A DNA stretch of 64,000 nt from Alphaproteobacteria bacterium (lineage in GTDB: Bacteria > Pseudomonadota > Alphaproteobacteria > Micavibrionales > UBA2020), in NCBI GenBank assembly GCA_030682495.1, contig JAUXOC010000091.1, positions 2,879 through 66,878 of the forward strand. The letters are read 5' to 3'. The translations under genes were made by a program, and so were the position numbers. Below are positions 16,796 through 27,851 of the stretch, piece by piece; the first letter of the stretch is position 1, and every line of letters begins with the position of its first letter. The notes under the pieces are model-generated. The model did no database searches, was not told the DNA's origin, and worked only from the letters and a program-made list of their open reading frames with translations.

Positions 16796-18525
16796 GGCGC
16801 GGCGTCACAGAAAGCGAAACCATCAGCGGACATCAGACCAAGCTGCTGGGACAAGCCAAGGCGCGGCTGGCCTTTATCGCCGTCGTTTTTATGCTCGGTT
16901 ATCTGGCGGTCGGTTTGCGCCTTGCCGATTTGACGCTGCTGCGCGATGTGGAAACCGCCGCCACCGAAGCCGGTGCGCCCGTGCGCAAGGCCGCGGCCGC
17001 CCTGCGCGGCACCATCACCGACCGCAACGGGGAGCTGATGGCGACATCGCTGCGCATGTCATCCGTCTATGCCGATGCAACGCTGGTCGCCGATGCGCCC
17101 GCGCTGGCACGGCAGCTGGCGCATATTCTACCCGAAGAAAAAGAAAAAGATATTCTGGCCAAGCTGGCCTCCAAGCGCAAATTCGTCTGGATCGCGCGCA
17201 ATATCACGCCGCGGCAAATGCAGGCGATCAATACACTGGGCGAGCCGTCACTTGGATTTCAGGATGAACAAAAACGCATTTATCCGCACGGCCGGTTGAC
17301 CGCGCATATCCTTGGTTATACCGACGTGGACGGCATCGGCATTGCCGGCGTCGAGCGCGCCTATGAAAAGCCGCTGCGCGAAGGCGAAGATGATTTACGC
17401 CTTGCCGTTGACCTGCGCATCCAGCACCTGCTGCACCGCGAGCTGAGCTATGCCGTCAAAAAATTCAGCGCCAAGGCTGCGGTCGGCATCGTCATGGATG
17501 TGCAAAGCGGCGAGATTGTGGCGATGGTGTCGCTGCCCGATTTCGATCCCTATCACCCCGCGCAGGCCAGTGACGAGCAGAAATTCAACCGCGCCACACT
17601 CGGCGTGTTTGAAATGGGCTCGACGATGAAGCTTTTTCCCGTGGCCGCCGCGCTGGACGCCGGACAGGCAAGCTTTTCCACCACCTACGATGCACGCGAG
17701 CCGATCCGCTTTGGCCGCCACACCATCAACGATTTTCACGCCAAGCGCCGCGTGATGACACTGCCCGAAGTTTTTATCCACTCCTCCAACATCGGCACGG
17801 CAAAGATGGCGCAGTCGCTGGGCGAGACGGGGCTGCGCGATTTCTACAAAAAGCTCGGCTTTCTGGAGCGCACGCCGCTGGATTTGCCGGAGCGCGGCGC
17901 GCCGCTTTATCCACGTAACTGGCGCGAAATTCATACCCTCACCGCATCCTATGGCCACGGCATTGCGATCAGCCCCGTGCATCTGGCGTGCGCCACGGCG
18001 GCGCTGAGCAATGGCGGCATTCTGGTCGACCCCGTGATGACGCTGGACAGCGCACAGCGGCGCAAAACGCGAGAGCCACAAGGTGCGCGCGTGGTCACAC
18101 CCGAGACATCGCGCCGCATACGCGACCTTCTGGAGCTGGTCGTGGTCGGCGGCACCGGCGGCAAAGCCGCGGCCGAAGGATACGGCGTCGGCGGCAAGAC
18201 CGGCACGGCAGACAAGACGCTCGGCAAGGGCTATAACAAAAACGCCCGCCTGTCCTCGTTTATCGGCGTCTTCCCCATCGAAGCGCCGCGCTATACGGTA
18301 CTGGCCATCATCGACGAGCCGCAACCGACCAAAGACACCCACGGTTATGCGACCGGCGGCTGGACGGCCGCACCCGTGGTCGGCAAAGTCATCGAACAAA
18401 TGGCGCCGCTCTATGGCATTGCGCCGCACAGCGGCCCGCGCCGCGACATCAAGGCCGAGATGGCCAGATATCTGAAAGACGAGAAGGAAGGAAAGAGCCT
18501 TGCGACTGCTGGAGTTGACCGATAA
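16792..18525 (+). CDS. ftsI: Peptidoglycan D,D-transpeptidase FtsI (PBP3)
   Basis: 577 aa. N-terminal TM, SxxK 'GSTMKLF', 'HSSNIG', 'GKTGTA'. Canonical dcw position. Confidence 0.93.
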   Translation: MRRGVTESETISGHQTKLLGQAKARLAFIAVVFMLGYLAVGLRLADLTLLRDVETAATEAGAPVRKAAAALRGTITDRNGELMATSLRMSSVYADATLVADAPALARQLAHILPEEKEKDILAKLASKRKFVWIARNITPRQMQAINTLGEPSLGFQDEQKRIYPHGRLTAHILGYTDVDGIGIAGVERAYEKPLREGEDDLRLAVDLRIQHLLHRELSYAVKKFSAKAAVGIVMDVQSGEIVAMVSLPDFDPYHPAQASDEQKFNRATLGVFEMGSTMKLFPVAAALDAGQASFSTTYDAREPIRFGRHTINDFHAKRRVMTLPEVFIHSSNIGTAKMAQSLGETGLRDFYKKLGFLERTPLDLPERGAPLYPRNWREIHTLTASYGHGIAISPVHLACATAALSNGGILVDPVMTLDSAQRRKTREPQGARVVTPETSRRIRDLLELVVVGGTGGKAAAEGYGVGGKTGTADKTLGKGYNKNARLSSFIGVFPIEAPRYTVLAIIDEPQPTKDTHGYATGGWTAAPVVGKVIEQMAPLYGIAPHSGPRRDIKAEMARYLKDEKEGKSLATAGVDR

Positions 18526-20002
18526 CACCGCAGACAGCGGCATGACGCTGCGCAACGCGGCGCGCGCCGAAGACCTGCACATCACAGGCCTGAGCGCGGA
18601 TTCGCGCGAGGTGCGCGAAGGCTTTGTCTTTGCCGCTTTTCCGGGTGCGAAGATTGACCGCCGTCAGTTTATCAATGATGCCATCGCGCGCGGCGCGGCG
18701 GCTGTACTGGTGCCGCGCGGCACGGATCTTTCCGGCGTGGCCAATGACGATGTGGTGATTATCGAAGACGACAACCCGCGCCGCCGCTTTTCGCTGATGG
18801 CCGCAAAATTTTATGGCCGCCAGATGGGAACGATTGCCGCCGTGACCGGCACGAACGGCAAAAGCTCCACCGTCAATTTCTGCCGCCAGATCTGGCAGGC
18901 GATGGACCATGCCGCCGCCAGTCTTGGCACCATCGGCATCGAAGCCGCGGGCGGAAAGATTGCGGGCATCAACCGCCCCGGTCTTTTGACCACACCCGAC
19001 CCTGTCGTCCTGCATTCCGAAATCGCCGAGCTGGAAGCAGCCGGCGTCACGCATCTGGCGTTCGAAGCCTCGAGCATCGGTCTGGACCAGCACCGCCTCG
19101 ATGGCGTTGCGGTGACCGCTGCCGCCTTTACCAACCTGACGCGCGACCATCTGGATTACCACGGCACGATGGAAACCTATTTCGCCGCCAAGGCGCGGCT
19201 GTTTGGTGAAGTGCTCTCGCCGCAGGGTACAGCGGTGATCTGTATGGACACGCCCTATTCACAAAAGCTGCGCGAGATCTGCGATGCGCGCGGCATCCGC
19301 GTGATCGAAGTCGGCACAGCCGCCAAAGATATCCGCCTTAATGCGCAAAAGCCGCTGCCGCACGGACAATTTCTGGATATCGACGTGATGGGACAGCGCT
19401 ATACGCTGGAGCTGCCGCTGGTCGGGGATTTTCAGGCCTTGAATGCGCTGACGGCGCTGGGACTTGTGATTGCCGCCGCGCCCGACAATGCTGCCTTGCA
19501 TATGCAGGGCGTGCATGCGATGGAACATTTGCAAAGCGTGCGCGGGCGGCTGGAATTTGCCGCACGCATCAAAAACGGCGCGGCGATCTACGTCGATTAC
19601 GCCCATACGCCGGATGGACTTGAAACGATGCTCCATGCCGTGCGCCCGCATACGGTGGGCAAACTGCATGTGGTTTTCGGCTGCGGCGGCGACCGCGACC
19701 GCGGCAAACGCCCGATGATGGGTGAGATTGCGGCGCGGCTGGCCGATGTCGCCATCGTCACCGACGACAACCCGCGCACCGAAGACGCCGCCTTTATTCG
19801 CAGCGAAGTGATGCAGGGCTGCCCCGAAGCGCGTGAAATTGCCGGAAGACGCGACGCCATCCGCCTTGCCGTGCAAGACCTTGCCGCGGGGGATGTGCTG
19901 GTGATTGCCGGAAAAGGACACGAGCAGGGACAAATTGTCGGCAGCGAGATTTTGCCCTTTGACGACGTGACCGAAGCCAAAGCCGCCACAGAGAAATTAT
20001 GA
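18500..20002 (+). CDS. murE: UDP-N-acetylmuramoyl-L-alanyl-D-glutamate--2,6-diaminopimelate ligase
   Basis: 'VTGTNGKSST', 'DYAHTPDGLE', 'GCGGDRDRGKRP', 'DDNPRTED'. The track start is TTG 18500. ATG 18542 is an alternative start. Confidence 0.93.
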   Translation: MRLLELTDNTADSGMTLRNAARAEDLHITGLSADSREVREGFVFAAFPGAKIDRRQFINDAIARGAAAVLVPRGTDLSGVANDDVVIIEDDNPRRRFSLMAAKFYGRQMGTIAAVTGTNGKSSTVNFCRQIWQAMDHAAASLGTIGIEAAGGKIAGINRPGLLTTPDPVVLHSEIAELEAAGVTHLAFEASSIGLDQHRLDGVAVTAAAFTNLTRDHLDYHGTMETYFAAKARLFGEVLSPQGTAVICMDTPYSQKLREICDARGIRVIEVGTAAKDIRLNAQKPLPHGQFLDIDVMGQRYTLELPLVGDFQALNALTALGLVIAAAPDNAALHMQGVHAMEHLQSVRGRLEFAARIKNGAAIYVDYAHTPDGLETMLHAVRPHTVGKLHVVFGCGGDRDRGKRPMMGEIAARLADVAIVTDDNPRTEDAAFIRSEVMQGCPEAREIAGRRDAIRLAVQDLAAGDVLVIAGKGHEQGQIVGSEILPFDDVTEAKAATEKL

Positions 20003-20045
20003 CGTGAAATTATAAAAAACAAAAAAAGAACGGATACAAGACACC

Positions 20046-21530
20046 ATGACTGACAAGACCACACCGCTCTGGACCGCCACCGAAGCCGCCGCCGCCACAA
20101 GTGGCCGTGCCAGCGAAGATTTTAGCGCACAGGGCGTTTCGATTGACACGCGCAGCCTGCAAAAAGGCGATCTGTTTGTCGCGCTGAAAGGCGACCATCT
20201 GGACGGACATGATTATATCGATGCCGCCTTCGCCGCCGGTGCAGCCGCCGCCATGGTATCGAAAGACTATGATGCAGCCGCCGCAAAAGGCCCGCTGCTG
20301 ATTGTTGATGACACCATGAAGGGTCTGGAAGACCTTGGCCGTGCCGCACGCGCGCGCTGCGGCGGTAAAATTATCGGCGTAGCCGGATCGGTCGGCAAAA
20401 CCGGCACGAAGGAAATGCTCGCCACGCTGCTGTCAGCCTGCGGCAAGACGCATGCGTCGAAGAAAAGCTTTAACAACCACTGGGGCGTGCCGCTGTCGCT
20501 GAGCAACCTGCCCGCCGATACGGATTTTGGCGTCTTTGAAATCGGCATGAACCATCCGGGCGAAATCATTGCCCTGACCGATCAAGTCAAGCCGCATATT
20601 GCTGTTATCACCACCATCGACCGCGAACATATCGAATTTTTTGACAATGGACTTGATGGCATCGCCGATGCGAATGCCGAGATTTTTACCGGCATGACCG
20701 CAGACGGCATCGCCATCCTCAACCACGACAACCCTTATTTTGACCGGCTGAAAGCACATGCCGAAAAACAGGGTATCAAAACCATCCTTGGCTTTGGCGA
20801 AGATGACGGCGCGGATATCCAGCTGATTGACTGCGCCCTGCATGCCGACAGCAGCCGCGTGACCGCCGATGTCATGGGCGCGCGCGTCAGATACAAGCTG
20901 CAAATTCCGGGCAAGCATATCGTGCTGAATTCGCTGGGCGCGCTGGGCGTCGTCAAAACTGCCGGCGGTGATCTGGACGCTGCCGTCGAGGCGCTGAAAA
21001 ACGCCGAAGCTGTTATCGGCCGCGGCAACCGCCACAAGATTACACTGAGCCCGGGCGCGCCGCCGCTGATTATTATCGACGAAAGCTATAACGCAAATCC
21101 CGCATCGATGCAGGCGGCTTTCCGCGTTTTTGAAATGGTCGCGCCGCAAGGTGAAGGCCGCCGCCTTGCCGTACTGGGCGACATGCTGGAGCTGGGCAAG
21201 GACGGCCCGCGCCTGCATGCGGAGCTGGCCAATCCGCTGCTCAAAGCCAAAGCCGACCTTTTGTTTTGCTGCGGCCCCTTGATGGACGCGCTGTATCAGG
21301 CCTTGCCGCCTGACTGGCAGGGCGCACATACCAAAGACAGCAAAGCCCTGACCGACATCGTGAAGGAAGTCGTAAAGCCCGGCGACGTCCTTTTGGTCAA
21401 AGGCTCCGCCGGCAGCCGCATGGCTTATGTGATCGAAGCCCTGCACGCCCTGCACATCAGCGGCAGCGCCGCCAACGACAAACCTGCAACCGCCGCAACA
21501 AACGGCAAGGACAGCCAGAATGCTCTATAA
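20046..21530 (+). CDS. murF: UDP-N-acetylmuramoyl-tripeptide--D-alanyl-D-alanine ligase
   Basis: 494 aa. '[14 protein letters not shown]', '[11 protein letters not shown]', 'LGDMLELG'. Confidence 0.93.
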   Translation: MTDKTTPLWTATEAAAATSGRASEDFSAQGVSIDTRSLQKGDLFVALKGDHLDGHDYIDAAFAAGAAAAMVSKDYDAAAAKGPLLIVDDTMKGLEDLGRAARARCGGKIIGVAGSVGKTGTKEMLATLLSACGKTHASKKSFNNHWGVPLSLSNLPADTDFGVFEIGMNHPGEIIALTDQVKPHIAVITTIDREHIEFFDNGLDGIADANAEIFTGMTADGIAILNHDNPYFDRLKAHAEKQGIKTILGFGEDDGADIQLIDCALHADSSRVTADVMGARVRYKLQIPGKHIVLNSLGALGVVKTAGGDLDAAVEALKNAEAVIGRGNRHKITLSPGAPPLIIIDESYNANPASMQAAFRVFEMVAPQGEGRRLAVLGDMLELGKDGPRLHAELANPLLKAKADLLFCCGPLMDALYQALPPDWQGAHTKDSKALTDIVKEVVKPGDVLLVKGSAGSRMAYVIEALHALHISGSAANDKPATAATNGKDSQNAL

Positions 21531-22608
21531 CCTTCTCTATCCGCTGACGCCTTATTTCACGGGGTTCAATCTTTTTCAGTACCTCAGCTTCCGCACCGGC
21601 GGCGCGCTGATGACAGCGCTGGTTATCAGTCTGGCCATCGGACCTTTCGTCATTCGCTGGCTGAAGAAAAAGCAGCGCGAAGGCCAGCCGATCCGCGAAG
21701 ACGGGCCGGAAACGCACCAAAAGAAAAAAGGCACGCCGACCATGGGCGGGCTGATGATTTTGTTTTCAGTTACCGTATCGACGCTTTTGTGGGTGGATAT
21801 CACCAACCCCTATATGTGGACGGTGCTGTTTGTCTTCCTCAGCTATGGCGCGATTGGCTTTGCCGATGATTACGCCAAGCTGACACGCAGCAGCCACCGC
21901 GGCATCCCCGCCAAACTGCGGCTTTTGCTGGAAATGGGCATTGCCGCCGTGGCGGTGCTGGCTGTTATGTTGCTGACAACGGGACCTTTGGGCAGCAGCC
22001 TTGCCCTGCCGTTTTTCAAAGACCTGCTGATTAACCTCAGCTGGTTTTTTATTCCTTTCGGCGTCATCGTTGTGGTGGGCGCGGCGAATGCGGTCAATTT
22101 TACCGACGGGCTGGACGGGCTGGCTATCGGGTCGTTTATGATCTCCGCCGCGTGTTTTGGCCTGATTGCCTATCTGGTCGGGCATTTGAATTTTGCCAAT
22201 TATCTGGGCATCCATTACGTCAAGGATGCGGGGGAGCTTGCGGTTTTCTGCGGTGCGCTTTTGGGCGCGGGGCTGGGTTTTCTCTGGTACAACGCCCCGC
22301 CGGCTTCGGTCTTTATGGGCGATACGGGTTCGCTGTCGCTCGGCGGGGCGCTCGGCGCGCTTGCGGTTGTCACCAAGCATGAACTGGTGCTGGCGATTAT
22401 TGGCGGTCTTTTTGTTGCGGAAACACTATCGGTCGTCATACAGATTGCCTATTTCAGAAAAACCGGCGGCAAGAGATTTTTCCTGATGGCGCCGCTACAC
22501 CACCATTTTGAAAAGCTGGGCTGGCCTGAAACCAAGGTCGTCGTGCGGTTCTGGATTATCTCGATCATCCTGGCGCTGATCGGCCTGTCGACCCTGAAAC
22601 TGAGATAA
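21520..22608 (+). CDS. mraY: Phospho-N-acetylmuramoyl-pentapeptide transferase
   Basis: 362 aa polytopic membrane protein. '[12 protein letters not shown]', '[13 protein letters not shown]', '[12 protein letters not shown]', 'APLHHHFE'. Confidence 0.96.
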   Translation: MLYNLLYPLTPYFTGFNLFQYLSFRTGGALMTALVISLAIGPFVIRWLKKKQREGQPIREDGPETHQKKKGTPTMGGLMILFSVTVSTLLWVDITNPYMWTVLFVFLSYGAIGFADDYAKLTRSSHRGIPAKLRLLLEMGIAAVAVLAVMLLTTGPLGSSLALPFFKDLLINLSWFFIPFGVIVVVGAANAVNFTDGLDGLAIGSFMISAACFGLIAYLVGHLNFANYLGIHYVKDAGELAVFCGALLGAGLGFLWYNAPPASVFMGDTGSLSLGGALGALAVVTKHELVLAIIGGLFVAETLSVVIQIAYFRKTGGKRFFLMAPLHHHFEKLGWPETKVVVRFWIISIILALIGLSTLKLR

Positions 22609-22621
22609 GGAGAAAAGCGGC

Positions 22622-24031
22622 ATGATAGACCTTTCCCCTCTCAAATCCTCGCTGAAAGGCAAACCGCTGGCCGTGCTGGGTCTTGGCCGCAGCGGCCTGT
22701 CGGTTTTTGATGCCTGCAAAAACGCGGGTATTGATTGCGTGCTGTGGGACGACGGGGAAGACATGCGCAAAGCCGCCAAAGACAAAGGCGCGACGATTGA
22801 GGATTTCACGGGCGGAGATTTTACGCGCTTTGCCGCGCTGTGTCTTGCGCCGGGCATTCCGCTGACGCATCCCGCGCCGCACCCCGCCGTGATTGCCGCG
22901 AAAAAAGACGGCCTCGAAGTGATCGGCGATATGGAGCTGTTCCACCGCGCCAAGCCGGAAGCGAAAACCATCGCCATCACCGGTACCAACGGGAAATCGA
23001 CCACCACCGCGCTGATCGGCCATATCCTCCAGCATGCCGGCGTAGAATGCGCCGTGGGCGGCAATATCGGCGAAGCCGTGCTGGGGTTATCCGACCTGAG
23101 CGCCAGCGGCATTTATGTGCTGGAGCTGTCATCCTACCAGCTGGATTTGATGGCAAGTTTCAGCCCTGATATTTCGGTTCTGATCAACATCAGCCCCGAC
23201 CATCTTGACCGCCACGGCGGGATGGAAGGATATATCGCCGCGAAAGAACGCATTTTCCGCGGCAAAGGCATCGGCATCATCGGCGTTGATGATGACGGTA
23301 GCGCGGCGATATTCGCGCGACAGCGCAAAGAGGGCACGCGGCGCATGACGCCAGTTTCCTGTCTGCGTCCGATGACGCAAGGCGTTTTCGTTTCGGCCGA
23401 GGGCGAATTGTTTGACGGCCCGCACGGCGTGGTCGATCTGAATACCTGCCCTGCCCTGCGCGGACGGCACAATTGGCAAAATGCCGCGCTGGCCTATACG
23501 GCCTGCCGCGCGGCGGGCGTTGATACCCGCGCAATTGCCAAGGGGCTGCAAAATTTTCCGGGGCTGGAGCATCGCCAGAAAATCGTGACCAGCCTGCACG
23601 GCGTGACCTATGTCAACGACAGCAAGGCCACCAACGACGATGCCGCCGCCATGGCTTTGTCGACATACCGCCCCATCTACTGGATTGCGGGCGGCAAGGA
23701 CAAGGGCGGCGGCTATGATAAATGCAGCAAATATCTTTCGCATGTACGCCATGCCTTTTTGATCGGCGCGGCTGAAGATGTTCTGGCAGCCTGGCTCGAC
23801 AAATACAAAAAACCCTATACCCGCTGCGGCACGCTCGAGAAGGCCGTCGAGGCCGCGCATGCGCTGGCGCAGAAAGAAGCGCTTGACCATGCGACCGTCC
23901 TGCTGTCACCGGCCTGTTCAAGCTTTGACCAGTTCAAAAGCTTTGAACAGCGCGGCGATGTCTTCTGCGAGGCCGTGCGCCGCGTGACGGCGGCGACGAA
24001 AGCTTCACCCAAGAAAGGCGGCAAGGCATGA
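22622..24031 (+). CDS. murD: UDP-N-acetylmuramoylalanine--D-glutamate ligase
   Basis: 469 aa. 'ITGTNGKSTT', 'NISPDHLDRHG', 'NDSKATN'. Confidence 0.93.
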   Translation: MIDLSPLKSSLKGKPLAVLGLGRSGLSVFDACKNAGIDCVLWDDGEDMRKAAKDKGATIEDFTGGDFTRFAALCLAPGIPLTHPAPHPAVIAAKKDGLEVIGDMELFHRAKPEAKTIAITGTNGKSTTTALIGHILQHAGVECAVGGNIGEAVLGLSDLSASGIYVLELSSYQLDLMASFSPDISVLINISPDHLDRHGGMEGYIAAKERIFRGKGIGIIGVDDDGSAAIFARQRKEGTRRMTPVSCLRPMTQGVFVSAEGELFDGPHGVVDLNTCPALRGRHNWQNAALAYTACRAAGVDTRAIAKGLQNFPGLEHRQKIVTSLHGVTYVNDSKATNDDAAAMALSTYRPIYWIAGGKDKGGGYDKCSKYLSHVRHAFLIGAAEDVLAAWLDKYKKPYTRCGTLEKAVEAAHALAQKEALDHATVLLSPACSSFDQFKSFEQRGDVFCEAVRRVTAATKASPKKGGKA

Positions 24032-25200
24032 TCCCGCTTTCAGGACGTGGCGACAAATCTTTACTGGGCGCGTGGTGGTGGTCGATTGACCGCTGGACAC
24101 TGGGCGCGCTGGTCGTTTTGATGGTTTGCGGGATTTTACTGGTTTCCGCCGCATCGCCTTCGGTCGCCGAGCGTATCGGCTTGCCGCCGTTTTATTTTGT
24201 TTTGCGGCATATCGTCTTTTTGCTTCCGGCGGCGGGGCTGATGCTGGCCGCATCAATGCTCCCGCGCAAGATGCTGTGGCGCGGGGCGTCCCTGATGCTT
24301 TTGCTGTCGATGGTTTTGATGCTCTGTGCCGTTTTATTCGGCCCCGAGATCAAAGGCGCGACACGCTGGGTGCATATCTTTGGCTTTTCGTTGCAACCGT
24401 CGGAATTTGCCAAGCCCGCCTTTGCCGTCACCGCCGCATGGCTGATGGCACGGCATCAGGATCAGGGCACAGGGCAGTTCCCCGGCCATATGCTGACGCT
24501 TTTGCTTTTTGGTGCGGTGCTGGGGCTTTTGCTGTTACAGCCCGATCTTGGCATGTCGCTGGTCGTGGCGGCGATCTGGAGCGTACAGGTTTTTCTGGCC
24601 GGCCTGCCGATGATCTGGGTTTTCGCGCTGGGTGGTGCGGGCATTGCCGCGCTTTTTGGCGCCTATATGTTTTTTCCGCACGTTGCCAGCCGCATCGACC
24701 GCTTCCTCGACCCTGCCAGCGGCGATAATTATCAGGTGCAAAAATCGCTGGATGCTTTTGCCAGCGGCGGGCTTTTCGGCACAGGCCCCGGCCACGGACA
24801 GGTCAAGATGAACCTGCCCGATGCGCATGCGGATTTTATCTTTGCCGTTGCAGGCGAAGAAATGGGGCTGCTGGCCGCGCTGTTTCTTGTCGCGCTGTTC
24901 GGCTTTGTCCTTTTGCGCAGCATCTGGCGCGTGGCGCAGAGCGAAGATCTTTTTGTCGTGCTGGCGGCGGGCGGGCTTTTGACGCAATTTGCGCTGCAAA
25001 GCCTTATTCATATGGGATCGTCACTGCAATTGTTACCCGCCAAGGGGATGACCCTGCCGTTTATCAGTTATGGTGGGTCGTCTTTGCTGGCGCTGGGGCT
25101 GGGCATGGGCATGCTTTTGTCCCTGACGCGTAAACGCCAGCAGCTGACCGCCGGTAATATGTGGCGCGGCTTTACCCTGCGCGAAGGCGGCGGCGCATGA
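24028..25200 (+). CDS. ftsW: Peptidoglycan glycosyltransferase / cell division protein FtsW (SEDS family)
   Basis: 390 aa, about 10 TM segments. 'LQPSEFAKP', 'QPDLG', 'HADFIFAVAGEE', 'PFISYGGSS'. Confidence 0.92.
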   Translation: MIPLSGRGDKSLLGAWWWSIDRWTLGALVVLMVCGILLVSAASPSVAERIGLPPFYFVLRHIVFLLPAAGLMLAASMLPRKMLWRGASLMLLLSMVLMLCAVLFGPEIKGATRWVHIFGFSLQPSEFAKPAFAVTAAWLMARHQDQGTGQFPGHMLTLLLFGAVLGLLLLQPDLGMSLVVAAIWSVQVFLAGLPMIWVFALGGAGIAALFGAYMFFPHVASRIDRFLDPASGDNYQVQKSLDAFASGGLFGTGPGHGQVKMNLPDAHADFIFAVAGEEMGLLAALFLVALFGFVLLRSIWRVAQSEDLFVVLAAGGLLTQFALQSLIHMGSSLQLLPAKGMTLPFISYGGSSLLALGLGMGMLLSLTRKRQQLTAGNMWRGFTLREGGGA

Positions 25201-26300
25201 CCGCACAGACCGCAGCCAAAACCATTTTACTGTCAGCAGGCGGCACGGGCGGGCATCTATACCCCGCCGAAGCACTGGCCGAAGAATTGCTGGCGCGCGG
25301 GTACAAGGTCGCCATCATCACCGACAAACGCGGCCATGCATTCAAAAGCCTCGGCGAGCGCGTCAATATATATACGGTGCGCGCCGCCACGCTGAAACCG
25401 GGGCTGATCGCCAAGATCCGTGCGATTGTTGATATGAAGCTGGGTATTCTCTCGGCACTGTGCCTGATTTTCAAAATCAAGCCTGCGCTGGTGGTCGGTT
25501 TTGGCGGTTATCCGTCTTTTCCGGGGGTTTTGGCGGCGCAAATGCTGTGCCGCGCTACGGTTCTGCATGAACAAAACGCCGTGATGGGCAAGGCCAATGT
25601 CTGGCTGGCGCACCGTGCGCGCAGGATTGCCCTGTCGCTGGCAGGCACGCGCGGGCTGTCGGAGAGCCAGCAAAAAAAGACCATCGTGACCGGAAACCCC
25701 GTGCGCGCACCGATCATTGCTGTCAGCCGCATCCCCTATACGCCGCCCGAAACGGCGTTCAAAATCCTGATCACCGGTGGCAGTCAGGCGGCGAGTGTTT
25801 TTGCCGATGTGGTGCCGGAAGCGCTTAAAGATTTACCGGAATCCATCAAATCGCGACTTTATGTCATGCATCAATGCCGCGAAAACGACCTGAAAACGAC
25901 CGCGGAAAAATACGCTGCGCTGGGCATTCGCGCCGAAACTGCGAGTTTTTTCAGTGACATGGCAGACCGTCTGGCGGCTTGTCAGCTGTTTATCGGCCGC
26001 AGCGGCGCGTCCAGCGTGGCGGAATTAGCTGTTGCGGGGCGTCCTGCGATTTTTGTACCTTACCCCGGCCATCAGGATATGCAGCAAAAACACAATGCTG
26101 ACATCATCGCACAGGCCGGTGGCGCCTGGGTGTTTCTTCAGCCGGATTTCACGCCGGCGGCGCTGGCCGCAAAAATCCGCGCCTTTGCCGAAGACCCCGC
26201 GATATTGACCCGCGCCGCCGAAGCCGCCGCCACTTGCGGCCAGCCCGGTGCCGCAGCCCGGCTGGCGGATCTGGTCGGGGAAGAGGCCGGCGCCCCGTGA
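25197..26300 (+). CDS. murG: UDP-GlcNAc--MurNAc-(pentapeptide)-PP-undecaprenol GlcNAc transferase
   Basis: 'LSAGGTGGHLYPA', 'GGYPS', 'ITGGSQ', 'GRSGASSVAEL'. Start set at ATG 25197, overlapping the ftsW stop (ATGA), rather than the track start 25161. Confidence 0.93.
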   Translation: MTAQTAAKTILLSAGGTGGHLYPAEALAEELLARGYKVAIITDKRGHAFKSLGERVNIYTVRAATLKPGLIAKIRAIVDMKLGILSALCLIFKIKPALVVGFGGYPSFPGVLAAQMLCRATVLHEQNAVMGKANVWLAHRARRIALSLAGTRGLSESQQKKTIVTGNPVRAPIIAVSRIPYTPPETAFKILITGGSQAASVFADVVPEALKDLPESIKSRLYVMHQCRENDLKTTAEKYAALGIRAETASFFSDMADRLAACQLFIGRSGASSVAELAVAGRPAIFVPYPGHQDMQQKHNADIIAQAGGAWVFLQPDFTPAALAAKIRAFAEDPAILTRAAEAAATCGQPGAAARLADLVGEEAGAP

Positions 26301-26375
26301 CAAGAGGCGTACCGGCAAGCAAAAAGACAACCCGTGCACACGGCGCCCCGCGCCGCCTCTGCGCGTGAAAGGACG

Positions 26376-27851
26376 ATGAGCATGAGCAAGACATTTCCCT
26401 TCGCCATCGGTACGATTCATATCATCGGCATCGGCGGCATCGGTATGAGCGGCTATGCCGAGGTATTGCACCATCTTGGCTATGCCGTGCAGGGCTCTGA
26501 CCAGTCGGACAATGCCAATGTCAAACGTCTGACCGATCTGGGCATCCGCGTGATGATTGGCCATGACGGCAAAAACGTTTTTGGCGCCGACGGAAAACCC
26601 GCCGCCGTCGTCGTTAAATCAACCGCCGTCAAGCAAAGCAATCCCGAAATCATCGCGGCGCAGGCCGGAAAAATCCCCGTCATTCCGCGCGTCGATCTGC
26701 TGGCGGAGCTGATGAAGGCCAAATGGTGCATCAACGTCTCCGGCACGCATGGCAAAACCACGACCACATCGATGATCGGCCACGTTCTTGAAAAAGCGGG
26801 CATTGACCCCACCGTCATCAACGGCGGCATCATCAATGCCTATGGCAGCAATACCCGCATGGGTGCGAGCAACTGGATGGTGGTTGAATCGGACGAAAGC
26901 GACGGCACGTTTTCGCATCTGCCGTCTGTGGCGTCGATCATCACCAATATCGACCCCGAACATATGGACTATTACGAAACCTTTGACGCACTAAAGGAAG
27001 AATTCATCGCCTATGCGCATAACCTGCCGTTCTACGGCGTCGTCATCGCCTGCATTGATCATCCGGTCGTGGCGGAGCTGATCCCCGACTTCCACCGCAA
27101 GACAATTACCTATGGTTTCAGCGATAAAGCAGATATTCAGGCCATCCATGTTAAATCAACGCCCGACGGACTGGTCTATGACGTCAAAGTCAATGACCCC
27201 AATCTGATGAACTTCCCGCGCGAGATCAAAGGCGTGAAGCTGCCGATGTTCGGCCCGCATAACGTCGTCAATTCCCTGACCACTTTTGCCGTTGGCCACG
27301 AAATCGGCATTCCGGCCGAACAGATCGCAACATCCTTGGAAAAATTCGCAGGCGTCAAGCGCCGCTTTACGACGACCGGCATCGTGAACGATATTACCGT
27401 CATCGACGATTACGCGCATCACCCCGTTGAAATTTCCGCTGTGCTGAAAGCCGGCCGCGATGCGGTTGAAGGCCGCGGCGGCGGACGCGTGATTGCCGTG
27501 ATGCAGCCGCACCGCTACACGCGTCTGAAAAATCTGTTTCAGGAATTTGCCGCCTGTTTTGATCTGGCCGATATGGTCGTGATCGCCGATGTTTACGAAG
27601 CGGGCGAAACGCCGATCCCCAATATCAGCCGCGATACACTGGTCGCCGCAATTGAAAGACACGGGCACAAAAACGTGCGCGCCCTTGAGAAGCCTGAAGC
27701 ACTGGCGCAATTGATACGCGACAACGCGCAGAAGGGCGATTTTGTGATTTGCCTTGGCGCGGGCAGCATCACGGCATGGGCGCATAGCCTGCCGAAAGAA
27801 CTGGAAGCGCTGCTGGGCATTGCCCCCAAAGCTGCAAATGGCGATCACTGA
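26376..27851 (+). CDS. murC: UDP-N-acetylmuramate--L-alanine ligase
   Basis: 'HIIGIGGIGMSG', 'SGTHGKTTTTSM', 'DDYAHHP'. Start set at ATG 26376 after aaagga. The track start 26334 adds an implausible leader. Confidence 0.93.
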   Translation: MSMSKTFPFAIGTIHIIGIGGIGMSGYAEVLHHLGYAVQGSDQSDNANVKRLTDLGIRVMIGHDGKNVFGADGKPAAVVVKSTAVKQSNPEIIAAQAGKIPVIPRVDLLAELMKAKWCINVSGTHGKTTTTSMIGHVLEKAGIDPTVINGGIINAYGSNTRMGASNWMVVESDESDGTFSHLPSVASIITNIDPEHMDYYETFDALKEEFIAYAHNLPFYGVVIACIDHPVVAELIPDFHRKTITYGFSDKADIQAIHVKSTPDGLVYDVKVNDPNLMNFPREIKGVKLPMFGPHNVVNSLTTFAVGHEIGIPAEQIATSLEKFAGVKRRFTTTGIVNDITVIDDYAHHPVEISAVLKAGRDAVEGRGGGRVIAVMQPHRYTRLKNLFQEFAACFDLADMVVIADVYEAGETPIPNISRDTLVAAIERHGHKNVRALEKPEALAQLIRDNAQKGDFVICLGAGSITAWAHSLPKELEALLGIAPKAANGDH